Origin: Sphaerodactylus townsendi
Taxonomy: Eukaryota
Direction of reading: 5' to 3'
DNA: 64,000 nt
NCBI RefSeq assembly: GCF_021028975.2
Contig: NC_059430.1
Location: 107,942,001 to 108,006,000, forward strand
The notes beneath the pieces are model-generated. The model saw nothing but the letters and a program-made list of their open reading frames with translations, did not search any database and was not told the DNA's origin. Made by a program: the position numbers and the translations under genes. This document shows positions 25,439-38,746 of this stretch, piece by piece (within the stretch, counting starts at the first letter, position 1; every line of letters starts with the position of its first letter).

Positions 25439-27888
25439 AGGAGAACTACTGAAGATTTCCATGGCCCCCTTGGCTATGTGGCTGGCAGCCCGAATCAACT
25501 CTCAGGGCTGTGATGTTTGCTACTACTGAAGGCAAACATTAAATATCACTGCAGTTGGTAATTACAACAATAAGGCTAGAATCATAGAATTAAGTCCAAC
25601 CCCCGGCCATGCGGGAACATGCAATCAAAACACTCCTGACATATGATCATCCAGCCTCTGTATAAAAACCTCCAGTGAAGGAGACTCCACCACTCTCCGA
25701 GGCAGTGAATTCCACTGTCAAACAGCCCTGACAGTCAGAAAGTTCTTCCTTGGTTGCCTCATCTGCTATAAACAGATGAGCCTGAAAGTGAACAATGGTG
25801 TCCACCTTAAGAAGAAGTTTCTGAATAACATGACCCCAGAAGCATCTCCATAATACCTTAGGTTGCCCTAACTCCTTCAGAAAGTCATGATGAGAGCACA
25901 TGCTTATATATGTAAACTCACAAGGGCAGCTCTCTTTCTTTAAAATGTTAAGCCAGAAGTAACATTCAGGGATGTTTTGAGATATTCCATCGGATGTGTC
26001 TCAAAGGAAATGTTTTCAGTCCTTGCTCAGATGATAAAGCAAGCAGTAATGGAGAAAGGTTGGAATAGTTTCATTATCCAACTCAACACAAGGACAAGGA
26101 GACAGCACAAGGCGTCAGGGTGGGGGTGGGGGAGATAGTGAACTGCAAAAAATGAAAAAAGGCATGGGGGGAGATAAGTTGTAGGAAAAGCTAGCATGTC
26201 TCCATCAGAAACACATCCCTCCATCCACCCACCAAAAACAAAGTAGTATTGCAAAATTCCAGTTAAGAAAAATACTTTGCTGAACTTTGCATATTCCTTT
26301 AGTAACATGGTTTGCATCACTGTGCAGCGTTTTTGACAAGTCCATCTATGCAATCTTCCCTTCCTAAATTCTCATCTGTGTGCCACAAATGAGGCCAGCC
26401 TGAACTGCTTACTACAGAGACAGAGCTGCAACTCAAAGTCTGTGTATGGATTCTACAAAGTTCTGCCTCCCCCCACAAATATTCAGTATCTAAGTGGTTG
26501 CCTCAAAAGCATCAGCGGTCCAGCAATCTCAGTGCTACCCGTCTGACTGGCAGATGGTCTCCAAACTCATTCCTGGATATGAAGATACTTCAGCTGCCAG
26601 CTTTGCTCTTGAAGGGTATATGCCCTGCTGCAGGAGTCTCTCACATAAATGCAGAAGAAGGAAAGAGGGATTAGTGCCTACAGATCTGAATGTGTGCATC
26701 ACAGTAACTTACTACCAGAGATTTAAGAAAAACACAACTTAAAAGCACCATAATCATTTATGGCCAAGATAATTTACAACCCACAGCATAGTGCAGCAAT
26801 TGTATCCCAGCATCCAGATCCACCATCACAGATAGTGAACCATGTAGTAGGACAAAAATGTGTATACCCTGAAATTTCCAGCATTCCAACAGTTCTCCAT
26901 TAATCTAGCAAACAGTGTAAGTGCCATACCAATCTGAATATACATCAGACAGAACACAGCCTAGGGTACAGGTTTCAAAAGCTAGAGATGCTGATATATA
27001 AAGGGGAAAGTATGTTCTAAAACCATTTAGCACCTGAGATCCTTCCAGGAAGCAAATCTGTAGGCCATTTAAGTCTGCAAAATAAGAGTCAGAAGAACAT
27101 GATGTATCTGGAAGTTTGTCTTCTTAGAGGCAAAACAACGTTCACAGGACAAGGGTATGAATGCCTCCCCAGAACCGAGAAACTCAAGGATTTTTAAAAG
27201 GATGTTCTCTTGTAAGCCACAAACAATTTTATTATGATCCAAGATCAGCAACCACAAACAAAAACGATAAATGTCACAAATCAATCTTACAAAACACTGT
27301 CAATAAACTACTGATCTATATAAAATACAAATAAAATTATAAAATTATGACAGATGACCCACTTTCTTTTGCCTTATTCTGCATGCTGTAGTGCAAAGTT
27401 TGCTGCTTCCTTTCAACAGCACTGTTGGCAAGGAGAAGAGAAACATGAAAATGGTTTGTTCCGCCATGACATTTAGACAAAATTGGAGTAATATACCAAA
27501 AAAGGAATACTGTGATTACACCAGCAATGTAAGAGCACAGACTCAAAAGTTTCCACCATTCTCGGCTGGCATGGACATAAACATAGGGAATATGAGCATA
27601 CTCCCCTTGCAACCGAGCTGATGGAAGGTCATTAAGCTGAGTTAAGGTAAATGTACTTTGATGAAGCATTGATTTTATCACCGTTCCCTGCTACCAAACC
27701 AGAAAGGTTCTGTGCTCTATCATTTTGAAGCGCAATATCCCATAATCTTTGTTCAACATCTACCCTTGCTCACTGATATCCAAGTTGTAGAAGAGCAGTT
27801 TTAGAGGAACCAAGGAGATCGAGTTTATCCTCCACTTTCTTCATTCACTTTGAATGATCATTATCAACACAAATTAGTGAAGTTAGAC

Positions 27889-28174
27889 TAAGGTGACCAG
27901 ATGGTCACCTTTGTGAACCGGGACGGGCGGGTAGGTGGGTGGCCGCGTGCGCGCATGCGCGTGCAGCCGCAGGAACGCACTGCCTTCTGGGGCGCTCCCG
28001 TTTCCTGCCCTATCACAGAAGGCGCGCTCGGGAGGCTGCCACACTGCCTTGTGCCCCAGAAGGCAGTGCGGCAGTCTTCCAAAAATCGGGACACTTGAAA
28101 AAACCTGTGGGACGTGGGACAAATTGTTTTAAGGCAGGACTGTCCCGCCAAAAGCGGGACGTCTGGTCAACCTA
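27889..28174. mobile_element. hAT-type MITE
   Basis: TIR TAAGGTGACCAGA...TCTGGTCAACCTA, perfect 8-bp TSD AGTTAGAC. Confidence 0.9.
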
Positions 28175-29349
28175 AGTTAGACCAGAAGGAAGAAATCTGA
28201 ATTTGAGCCAGAAATGCAAAGTTGGAAGTCAAGTGTGTGTTTCTAATGAGACTGATTCTGCTTCTAGCTTAAGGCAGGCAGTGGATATATAGCCACACAC
28301 TCCAAATAGAGATCTAAGGACTTTAGTCTGACATCAAATTTTTAGTATTCACTATACAAACTATACCTGTGCTCCATGCATACCAGTAAGTTGTAATACT
28401 ACTTTACCCTGAAATACTTTCAAAGCATAGGGTATATAGAAGCGCCTTTTTGTGTTCTCTTTTAACTAAAAAAGTGTATGAAGAACGTGAAAAATCAAGA
28501 CTTTCCTACAGTGCAGTAACTGCTGCTATCTTCCTTCTGCCCAGTTCCTCTTCCTCTGTGCTACAACCACACCCAATGCTTTGAAGAACACTGCAAGGAG
28601 GAGACTGAGATTGTGAGGGAAGTTCTTTCAATGTATATAAGCACCTCCAGAGAAGAGCAAGATAGACCACTAAGGGAACGTCAAACCAAGCATCTCACAA
28701 TCAGAATCCTGCGTTTTGCACAATGTTTGGGAAACATCTCTCCAGCAGAGATCAAAATGATAACAACCCTCAAAAAGCTCTGAAGGACACAAAACAGGAG
28801 AGAGCATCACTGTAATGTCCAGAAACTAAAATGGGAAGCTGGGCAACAGAATAATCTGAATCACACGTTTTTTAGCCAGTTGGACCAATTAGACACAGCT
28901 TCCATTGAAGAGAGAGACCCCTTTACAAGACTTCCTTAACCTTATTTTCAAAAGACCCATTCCTACAGCTGCTCCCCACATGGACCTCACAGTAACAGGG
29001 GAGCTAATAAGTTTGGCCATTGGATTTCCATCTTTTCTTTAATCTAAAAAAGGGATGCCCATAAATAGATTCAGCAGATTTGCATTAAATACTGTTAACT
29101 ACTTAGTGTGGGAAGTGGCTAAGGGGTAGAGCATCTGCTTGGCAAACAGAACATCCCAGTATCTCCAATTAAAATGATCCAGTAGTGAGAGATGTGAAGG
29201 ATCTATGCCTGAGATAGAGGAGAGCCACTGCATGACATAGTAGAAAATATTGATGGACCAATGGTCTGGGTCATCATGGGCCAACAAACACAGGTTTAGA
29301 ATGATTAAAATAAACATTTGGGGGGGGGGGACTTTGCACAGATCCTGCC

Positions 29350-29476
29350 CAGTGGTGGATTCAGCACCACTTCAGCAGAACCGGTTGTTAAAATGGTGCT
29401 TGTAAACAACCAGTTGTTAAATTATTTGAATCCCACCACCGGAACGGGTTGTTAAATTATTTGAATCCCATCACTG
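29350..29476. mobile_element. hAT-type MITE
   Basis: CAGTGGTGG...CCATCACTG with 8-bp TSD ATCCTGCC; relative at 54156-54253. Confidence 0.85.
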
Positions 29477-29539
29477 ATCCTGCCCCTAAAATGAGTCTGC
29501 CGTTGTTATTTCCCCCAAACCATTTTTTTTTTAGAATTG

Positions 29540-29800
29540 TGCTGTTAGCGAGTCTTTTGAAAAGTCCCAGGTTGCAGCCGCTTGCAAGCAAACAGCCGAG
29601 GAGGCACTTTATTCGCCTCCGTTTTCCTTTTTTTTTTTTTAATTTCGCAAAGACGCAACAGCAACCTGGATTGTTTCAGTGAGCTCCAATCACAGTCTGC
29701 ACGGATGCATGTGAATGCAAAAACTGGAAAACGGGTAACTTTATCCCAGCTGCCACGCGTTACACATTTGCTGGGCAAAAAGGGCTATATTTAGGGCGCA
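29540..29800. promoter_or_regulatory. Candidate enhancer (CpG-retaining, MEF2 site)
   Basis: Local CpG retention in non-repeat DNA; CTATATTTAG (29785-29794) fits the MEF2 consensus CTA(A/T)4TAG. Confidence 0.35.
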
Positions 29801-32800
29801 ACTCTTTCCAATCAGGAGAGAAAATCAAATCAGCAACACATACAGAAAAGGCCTCTTTGCCCCCCAACACCCAACCCAAACACCATTAGAAAACAGATTA
29901 AATGACTGGCCAAGCTACTTGACCCCTGGTTGATGAGAACCTTGGAATATTTTCCTCCCAGTCTTCCTACAAGTGGCCCTTTGAGGGCAGGCGATTCTTT
30001 ATCATCCACACTATAAAGATTTGCCTCATCCAGTGTACTTTAGAAAAAAATATTGTGTCATTTATTAGATATTTGGGAATCCTATTGTACCACATACATT
30101 ATCAAGGAGAGTGGCAGTAGTACAATCATCTCCCATTCCTGTGCAGGGAGAGTGTCCAGGGACTGGGACTTCAGAGGTCAACATTGGATCTCTCGTATAA
30201 TCCCTAAACTGATTTCAGCTTTCTAGAGAACGACTTGGGTCCCAGTGCCAACCTCCTGTCGACTGGTCTATTCCTCTACTCTTTTATCCCTCTCATTGTC
30301 CTCTTATTCTTACAATGGACAATGATTTACTGTGGTGGTGAACTCCATTCCCTCACAGTGTTTATACCCTTGAAATATATAACTATTTATGAGTCTCTCT
30401 CTGTTTTTTCCTCAGGCAAAACAATAAAAGTTCCAGTTTATCTTAATCCAGGGTCATAAATCTATCTTACAATTCACCCACCCCATTATTACTTCACCAC
30501 TTTCAAAAGCTCCCTTGAAATCAGCAGACAGGGCCAACGGGTATCCAAATTGATACAAGCAGTAAGACCCAGTTTTTTTAAAAAAAAAAATGGTACATCA
30601 ATAGGAACATTCCTGGCAGCTGATTCCTATAAAGTGGCTGACAATAAAACCATCTCCAGTTCACTTCACTTTCATTCTACAGTCAGAATGTCCAGAAGTT
30701 TAAATCTTCTTGGCCGACAGTGGGTTTTGTTATTGTGTTTTTGCAGGGGCCTGCTAATCTCTGGATGCAATTCACAGGTTAAATCTTCCCATCCAATACT
30801 GAAGATCTAAACTGAAACCATTAGAAGCTAACACTGAATGAAAAACAAACAAATGAATAAACTGCATACACATACACACTGTTGTATGAATAATTTGGAA
30901 CTGAACATGTTTCATACACTGAAACTGCTGGTAGGGAACACATGGCTATTGCCCCGACTCTATCCATACTGAATACAGTCCTAAGGCCTGGAGGCGTATT
31001 TTCCTTCTCAGTTATCCAAAGAGTTGACATTCTCCGATAGGCTCGTTCTATCTAGTCCTGTAATTGACATGGCCTGACTTGTATCTGATATGCTAGAAGG
31101 CACAAAGCTCTTGGCTTTGCCAAGAGCCCCTAGGGGATTGGGCGGCATAAAAGTTTAAATAATAATAAAAAAATAAAAAAATAAGATCCTTGATCCCTGA
31201 AGATCTGTAGACAGCAGAAACAAATATGAAAGTTGTAGTAGATATAATCTCCACAAAAACATAGCAGTGATTTTCAGAAAGGAGGGAACAACATGGTCAT
31301 AAATAAATCTATGAATATCATAATATGTAAGAACAACCGTAACAATAGGTAGGTTACTCTTTAAAAAGTAAAACGCTAGAAGGTGTTTGAGATTTCCTCT
31401 GAGACCAAGAGTTCCCGCTGTTTCCCAATCATTTGCTTCTGGCACTGATTGCTTTATACAAGAGACCCTGACCATCCAAAGTCAGGAAGTGCCCTGACAT
31501 TTCTTTTATTCCCATCCTGATTCCTAACCTCCCACTGTTAAACTAGATGGCCCAGATAATGATACAGCACATTAAAGGCATAGTATTATCATTACAATAA
31601 AATTTCATGAAAATCAGAGAAAGGCCCATAAACTATTGTACCAGAAATGCCTGAGGAATAATATTCACTAAGACAAACCAATATGGTCAAGCCTATGACA
31701 GGGGATGGGCCAGAGAACAGGCCATGAATTCTCCTCTAACCATTATAAAACATAGGAACGGGCTGGGAATTATTGAGAAGGATCTAAATTTAGGAGAATG
31801 TCTCAGAGTCTGGAGTGATCCTAAATGGAGCTATTTTAACTTGCACGTCTTGGCATGTCTCCCCAAACTTCACTTTTTTGAGGAAAGTTATGGGAGTGGT
31901 TTCCGGGCTCCATTACGGTTTTAAGGCCTCCACATGCCCCAGGATTTATTTGGACGATGTCTGGCAAAATAACCAGGTCTTCTGAATTGTTTCTGAGGGT
32001 GAAGGGGCACCCATCTCTTCTAAGAACATTTCAAAAGCATGTATTTTTCTGACATTGGTGTAAGTGTCCACAAGATGTCAATATTCACATGTGAATACTG
32101 GAAACCAAGAGAAATGCTGGAAACACTTCCAGTCTCAGAGATTAGACCAATGGAAGTTCATAATGCTGTTAAATGTTGGAGCAAGGGGAACACGTGTTTC
32201 TGTTTCTGAAAATTCACATAAGACTCCAAACATTCACCTGCAGTGCTGAGTGCAGTCAGGACATGGGGGACAAAGGGTAGGGATGTTGCCTCTAAGATGG
32301 GACAGGAAGGAAACAAGGGTTGCCCCTCTTTGAGGGAACAAGCATTTCTAACCTCCTAAACCTCTGGCTGAGCTCAATAGTCAAGAGGAGCACAACAGAT
32401 ACCTTCTCTTGTTTTCAGACATGCAGGCATACTTGATCAACTCTACTGTATCTGAGAAAAGGCATAGCTGAACATTCCTTTTGAATTATTTAGGTGTAGC
32501 TACTTAATTCCTCCAAGATCAAAGACTGGAAAAATTCAGTTTCCACACATCTAAGAAGCTGTAAAATGGCAATAATTGAAACTTGAAGATGAATAATTAT
32601 AGGAGCTATGAAGTATACTGTTTTACCTTGTGATAAGATCATAAAACATTCTAATAACTCAATTTGCAATGAAGATCTACCCAGTGAAAGTGAAATTCAG
32701 CATTTTGTAGGAAGAGGAATGCCATCAACTTAGCTTTCGTCAGAAACCAAAGGAAAAGGATACTTTCAGTGTGATTCAAATACCTCTCCTCCATGCAAAA

Positions 32801-33281
32801 AAGTTATTTATGCTAGCTTAACAGCTCACAAGACTAAGTATGACACCAGGTAGTTGATCACTACCAGATTCGTGCACCTACGCACACTGCACTCCTAATG
32901 CAAAACAGCATGCACATTCTGATAAGCATATATATAGCTCCCTCATGAATGGGTTTCCTCGTTTTCTTGACTAGATGACATGCATTTACATTCATTTATA
33001 TCCCACTTTTCTTCCCAATTTGGAATCAAAATGGCTTTTAGCATGCCTCATACTTGCATGTGCACACTGTGTGTGAATCCCAGAGTCCCCATGTGGTTGT
33101 TTAGCCAAAGATGTTGAATTTTCCCCTTCACCTTTATACAGTTTTCAGCTGTTCCACCCCAGGGATGTCTCGGATACCCAGAAAGTTTCCAAACAACTCT
33201 ATGAATGCCTGCATTTTCCTCCCTTCAAAAAAAGAAGGAAAAACAGCTGCTTTCCCCTCACTCCTTGCCTATGCAGCAGCA

Positions 33282-33760
33282 GAAGAACAACAACAACTTG
33301 GATTTATATCCCACCTTTCTTTCCTGTAAGGAGACTCAAGGTGGCTTACAAGCTCATTTCGCTTCCTCTTCCCCCAACAGGCACCTTTGACTCTTCCGCA
33401 CATGCAGAATAATACCCTTTCACAATTTCACAATAATGCCCTTTCACAATAATGCCCTTTCACAATTGTTTGCAAGTGGATTTTGCTATTCTGCACAGTA
33501 AAATCCATCTGCAAAGTGCATTGAAAGTGAATTGAAAGTGCATTATTCTGCATGTGTGAAAGGGGCCCTTGTGAGGTAGGTGAGGCTGAGAGAGTTCTCA
33601 GAGAACTGTGACTAGCCCAAGGTCACCCAGCAGGAATGTAGGAGTGCGGAAACATGTCTGGTTCACCAGATAAGCCTCTGCCACTCAGGTGGAGGAGTGG
33701 GGAATCCAACCCGGTTCTCCAGATTAGAATCCACCTGCTCTTCACTACACCACACTGGCA
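33282..33760 (-). mobile_element. CORE-type SINE interrupted by Harbinger-like MITE (33389-33567)
   Basis: The SINE halves are joinable; the MITE matches 44691-44826. Confidence 0.85.
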
Positions 33761-33837
33761 CTGTTTGGTTCATCTATCATGACAAAAGTTCAACCCTATA
33801 GATTATCTACATGCCTCCCATCTTCACAGCAGTTAAG

Positions 33838-34275
33838 AGAATGGTCACATATACAATATAATCACCAAGTGATGAGACATGAAACAGCCTACATGCACAA
33901 GTCAACCAGTGAACAACTGGCGTTAAAACTGAATAAAACACATTCCCTTTTCAGCATCATCCCAATGCGTTCACATACTAGCCAACAGAATTTCCATTTA
34001 TCAGCAGGAGTTTGTTGTAATGACTGCGGAATGTTCAGCCGGTATAGTGCAAAACCATATTGCTTATGTGCCTCTCTCAGCAAGAGCTTAAATGAGCGCA
34101 GCTTCATCGATTTGATACGGCCTATGAGTGTTACAGAATTATCAAGACACTCTAAATCTAAAAACCGAACCAGGCACTTGCATATTCTAGGAAATTCAAC
34201 CATTTACCGTCTCCTGGATATAGCACAACGTCCACCCCATCCCATGCGCCAGTATATCACATTACACTTTTGGTA
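33838..34275. repeat. Copy 1 of a ~430-bp two-copy non-TE segment
   Basis: Same-orientation paralogue at ~46700-47135; 31-nt exact match at 34051-34081 vs 46911-46941. Confidence 0.9.
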
Positions 34276-34866
34276 AAGGCTCTCCTTCCTTAAAAGCCTA
34301 TTCACAGATTTACCAAACAGCTTGGGAGAAATCGGCATGTCATTCTAAAGATCTGAGTCTTATGCAAGATCTCCCATCCACTTCTGCCTATTTGCAGGTC
34401 AGCTCTGATGGTTCAAGAGAAGCTCACTGCAGTCTCTCTGTTAGAAGATCAGCAGTGGTGAGCAACAAAGACAACCTTTGCAGAAAGAGAACTTGTCTTC
34501 TACTATCACACAACCCCCTCCAAGCAAAGCCTCAGGGCAGGCCATTTGAGTGGGTGTGTCTGCCCAAAAGGCACACTCTCAGTTCAGAGTTCCAGAATGA
34601 CATGAAGATCTTTGAAAATACATGCCGGAATCTTCTGCAACACTGCTAAGAGAAGTATTGATTGATTTCCTGGGGGTGGAAAGAATTAACCACTGGGCTA
34701 GAACATCAAGAGTTACGCAATGGAAAAAGTATTAGAAAAGCCGGTGTCAGGCACTCAGAATGTTCCGAATGGAACTATAGTATTCCATCAGCAAAATACC
34801 GTTGTACAGCTCTTGCTGCACTATATTAGGGGTGCTGATTCGGCAAACCTGACAAAAACCTTTAGT

Positions 34867-35005
34867 GAATAGAATAGAATAGAATAGAATAGAATAGAAT
34901 AGAATAGAATAGAATAGAATAGAATCTTTATTGGCCAAGTGTGATTGGACACACAAGGAATTTGTCTCCGGTGCATATGCTCTCAGTGTACATAAAAGAA
35001 AATAC
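34867..35005 (-). mobile_element. (AGAAT)n microsatellite tail plus short LINE 3' end (Rex1/Babar-like)
   Basis: Perfect AGAAT array abutting CTTTATTGGCCAAGTGTGATTGGACACACAAGG; family assignment from memory. Confidence 0.6.
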
Positions 35006-35767
35006 AGTGCAGCATTCAGTTCTCCTTCCTGCCTCTGCTTTCCAGGTCCTTTAGGGAGGTGGGTGGGGGGCTAGACCCGAATGTTGTGCTTGGTTCAACC
35101 GGGTGCAGCATTCAGTTCTTCCAGCCATCGCTGCTTCCCAAGTCCTCCAGGGCTTGGGAAACAGCACAAGGGAGGTTGGGAGAGAATTGAATGCTGTGCT
35201 TGATTCAGCTGGGTCCATGTGGAGTTAAGAAACCATGGTGGGGAGAACTGAAATTTTTTAGGTTCAATTTTTTAAACCACCACCACCCGCTGCCAAAAAA
35301 AAATAGATAAAAAAGCCAAATAAATATGGTGGGTATCAGCTTTCTAAGTAGAGAAATATATATATATATATATATTTAATACTGGGGTGTATTTCTGGAT
35401 GAAGCAACATTTGAACTACAGAGCTAGGGAGCAATTTAAGCAATCCATTATGAAGCAGTCTGAAGCATACTTTCCTGGGAGTAAGCCCCATTGAGTAATG
35501 TGAGACCTAATTTTGAGTAGATCTACTATGAATTGCTCCATGAAATCCACTGATTTCAGTGAAGCAGGACAGACACGCCTCACTCCATAGGAGACCCAGA
35601 ATGGTTCAGTGGTTAAGTGGTTGTTGTGGACCTCGATTTCTGTGGCCTTGGACAGTAACTCCAAGTACATTTCATAATATACACAGTCTTTTGGTTACTG
35701 ATGCTTACTTCAAGGAAAACACATTTAGGATTAGTCTTCATACCCTACTGGTTTTGAATGGGAATCC

Positions 35768-36006
35768 AGCCAGCATGGTATAGTGGTTAAGAGCAGTGGA
35801 GTCTAATCTGGTGAACTGGATTTCCCCACTCCTACACATAAAATCTGCTGGGTGACTTTGGGCTAGTCACAGTTCTCTCAGAACTCTCTCAGTCCCACCT
35901 ACCTTTCAAGGTGCCCGTTGTGGGGAGAGGAAGGGAGTTTGTAAGCCGCTTTGAGACTCTTTAAAGGTAGAGAAAAGCAGGGTATAAAAACCAGCTCTTC
36001 TTCTTC
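35768..36006 (+). mobile_element. CORE-type tRNA SINE
   Basis: Matches the family consensus. Confidence 0.85.
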
Positions 36007-36807
36007 TGAATTGAATTCACTACACCTTTCACAGATCTAAGTGACAAAATGTTTATCTTCCATCATGCACAGAGGCTTTGCCTGCACACTTGAAAAATTA
36101 TATCAATAAAGACCTCACGGTCACAGGTCTTTATGTTAAAAACAAACTAATAAGCAAAGCACTGGATTCAAGCCAAGAAGCAAATGTATAACCGTCCTCA
36201 AATCTGGGCTACTTTTAGTGCTTTCAGCAATCATCCCCATTTGCCTTGTGCTGATGCCAAAGCCAATTGGGAACCAACAAGCAGGAAGGCCAGGTTCAGA
36301 ATGCTCATCACTGTAATAGCCACCAAAATGACATCCATAGCAACAAATGATTGTGGATACCATCCCACCAGGGGGCAGAACAGTATTGAACAATTACTTG
36401 GAGAGGACTGGATTCAAATTTCAACTCTGCCACACAGTCCCCTGGTTTATTGCCAAAACCTAATCTAAGTCACAAGTGTGGGGGAAGAACCACAACGCCA
36501 TTTGGGTAGGGCAGAATAAAAATTTACACACAGAAGAAATATCTGTGGGATTTCAACAGAAGGAAGAGGCATTTGGTAATACAGACTAGTTTTATGGGGA
36601 GGGGGAGGCTTTGTCAGGTATGGAGCGAGGGGAAACTGTGCCCAAGGGACGCACGTACCCTGCACCCCCGCTGTGTTGCCGCCCACCCCCACCCCACCCC
36701 AGAACTCCCCTGCCACTGCTCCACCCAGAGCATCACTACCTCCGCCGTCCCGTTTGCACCACACCACGGTCTTTGTCCAATCCTTTTGCTGTTTACTAGA
36801 TTTGCCA

Positions 36808-37010
36808 AGCCCAGACCTGGAAGGCCCAGGCGAGTCGGATCTCAGAAGCTAAGCAGGGTCAGCCCTGGTTGGTATTTGGATGGCAGAATACCAGGGTGGC
36901 CATGCAGAGGAAAGCAATGCCAAACCTTGCTTCTGTCTCTTGCTTTGGAAACCCCATAAAAGGGGTCACCATAAGTCAGCTGCAACTTAACAACACTGTA
37001 CACACACGCA
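36808..37010 (+). mobile_element. 5S rRNA-derived SINE with RTE/Bov-B-like tail
   Basis: GATCTCAGAAGCTAAGCAGGGTC.GCCCTGGTT.GTATTTGGATGG (5S-like), then GGGGTCACCATAAGTC tail. Confidence 0.8.
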
Positions 37011-37321
37011 TAGATTTGCCAAAAGAAAAATTTAACATGAAACATCTGAAGAGTTTCAAAGCAGCTCCCAGGCCCTTTCCACACATACCTTTTAAAATGT
37101 TTCCAGGCCAGAAATGGAGCATTTCCGTTGTGGAGTTCCACAGGGTTCTTCCCCCTGCCCTTTTGGTTTCAGAAATGTTTCCTTTCCACCTGAAACCCCT
37201 TTTATAACTATTCTTTCATTCGAGTCATCTTCTCTTGCAGTGCGATCATTCTTAAAATGTTCTACTTTTCCTGCTGCCATTGTCCACACCTCTGTGCCCT
37301 AACTCAGCTCTCCCTCAGCAC

Positions 37322-37713
37322 CAGTGGTGGGATCCAAAAATTTAAGTAACAGGTCCCCATGGTGGTGGGATTCAAACTGTGGAATAGCACCAATGGGGCT
37401 GGGCGGGGCATGTCAGGGGTGTGGCTGGGCATTCCGGGGGCGGGGCATTCCTGGGCGGGGCTGTGGCAAGGACACAGCCACTGCACCGGTCCTTGGGCAG
37501 GAAACGAATGCACGCAGGCGCAGGCTGCCACGCACGACGGTGCACCTCCTGCTAGACTGCTTCAAGTTCTGCACGCTACTGCTGAGAGGAGGGGCGTAAC
37601 TAAGGCAAAAATCACGTGGCAAAATCACCAATTAGTAACCCCCTCTCAGCACACACAAATAATTAGTAACCTACTCTCAGGAACCTGTGAGAACCTGCTG
37701 GATCCCACCTCTG
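37322..37713. mobile_element. hAT-type MITE
   Basis: CAGTGGTGGGATCC...GGATCCCACCTCTG, 8-bp TSD CTCAGCAC; second copy at ~46010-46427. Confidence 0.92.
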
Positions 37714-38746
37714 CTCAGCACCATTTTTTTCCCATTCCTGAGCACGGATAAATTTACTTGCAAATAACCTCGTGATTACACAAAGTAATGATTTTTTTCC
37801 TGCAGTTTCTCTGTGCCATCGCCCAATTTCCCCCTCGGCACCATTTTATCGTATCCAAGAGCTCACTCCCTCACTTTTTTATTTTCCTCATTCTGTGTGT
37901 TTTTTGTTGAATCTATGAAGCATCGATTAAGCACAGCTACGAAGAATTTAAGCAAAGGCCTTATGAGACATCACTTCTACAAACACCCCGCCCCCCAAAA
38001 AAAGAGTAATAACCCCTCATGGTGGCCATGAAACGTTTGGAGAGGGTGAGTGAGGACAAACATTGTGGTAAAGTGGGGGAGGGAATCAAAAACGTTCTGC
38101 AAACATTTTAGGTGACGTGTGCAGAAAGGCCACAATCTGAACCTGCCTGAGCACACACACACTGCGCCATGCAGCTTGTAAGCAACAAATAAACAGTAAG
38201 GATGATTCCAACGGAAAACCAAGAGAGTGTTATAAAAAGGGGAAATGAGGAAAGGGAAAGATAGAAGAGGAAGTTGAAAGGGTGTGCTCCAGAGCTATTT
38301 TAAGCACTGGCTTTGTTACGTTTGCAGCATGTGAAGTCCAGACAAAGTTGTCAGCTTTCACTGAAGCATGTCTGAGGTGCGGCCCTATTAAGGATAAAAA
38401 TAACTCAGATGTGCAGCTAAAGGTTACATCACACAAATTCAGCTCTTCATGTTCCCACTGCCTTGTGGGCATCTGTATTCTAAAGCTTGTTTTATGTGGT
38501 TCATCCACCGCACCGGCAACCCTATGAAATCTGGGAAGTAAATGAATAACACATTGACAGTATGTTGAGTGTTTCCATTTAATACCACCTCCTCCTGCAT
38601 TTGTGAAGATTAAGGAGATAATAGGTCTAAAACCTGGCTGTGGATGTAGATAGCACACCTTTTGAACAGTGGCCTTATTATCTGTCTGGTGTCTCCAAGC
38701 AGACAATTTTAGGTGGTGCCATTCCAGCAGAGAGGTGTCTCATAAT

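Noticed and set aside
33869-34270. scaRNA/snoRNA reading of the duplicated segment (GTGATGA box C, terminal ACA)
   Set aside because: No conserved box D or convincing H/ACA hairpin pair in both copies; probably opposite to the host transcript strand.
36830-36895. 5S rRNA gene
   Set aside because: Partial and diverged, with a retroposon tail; it is a 5S-derived SINE.
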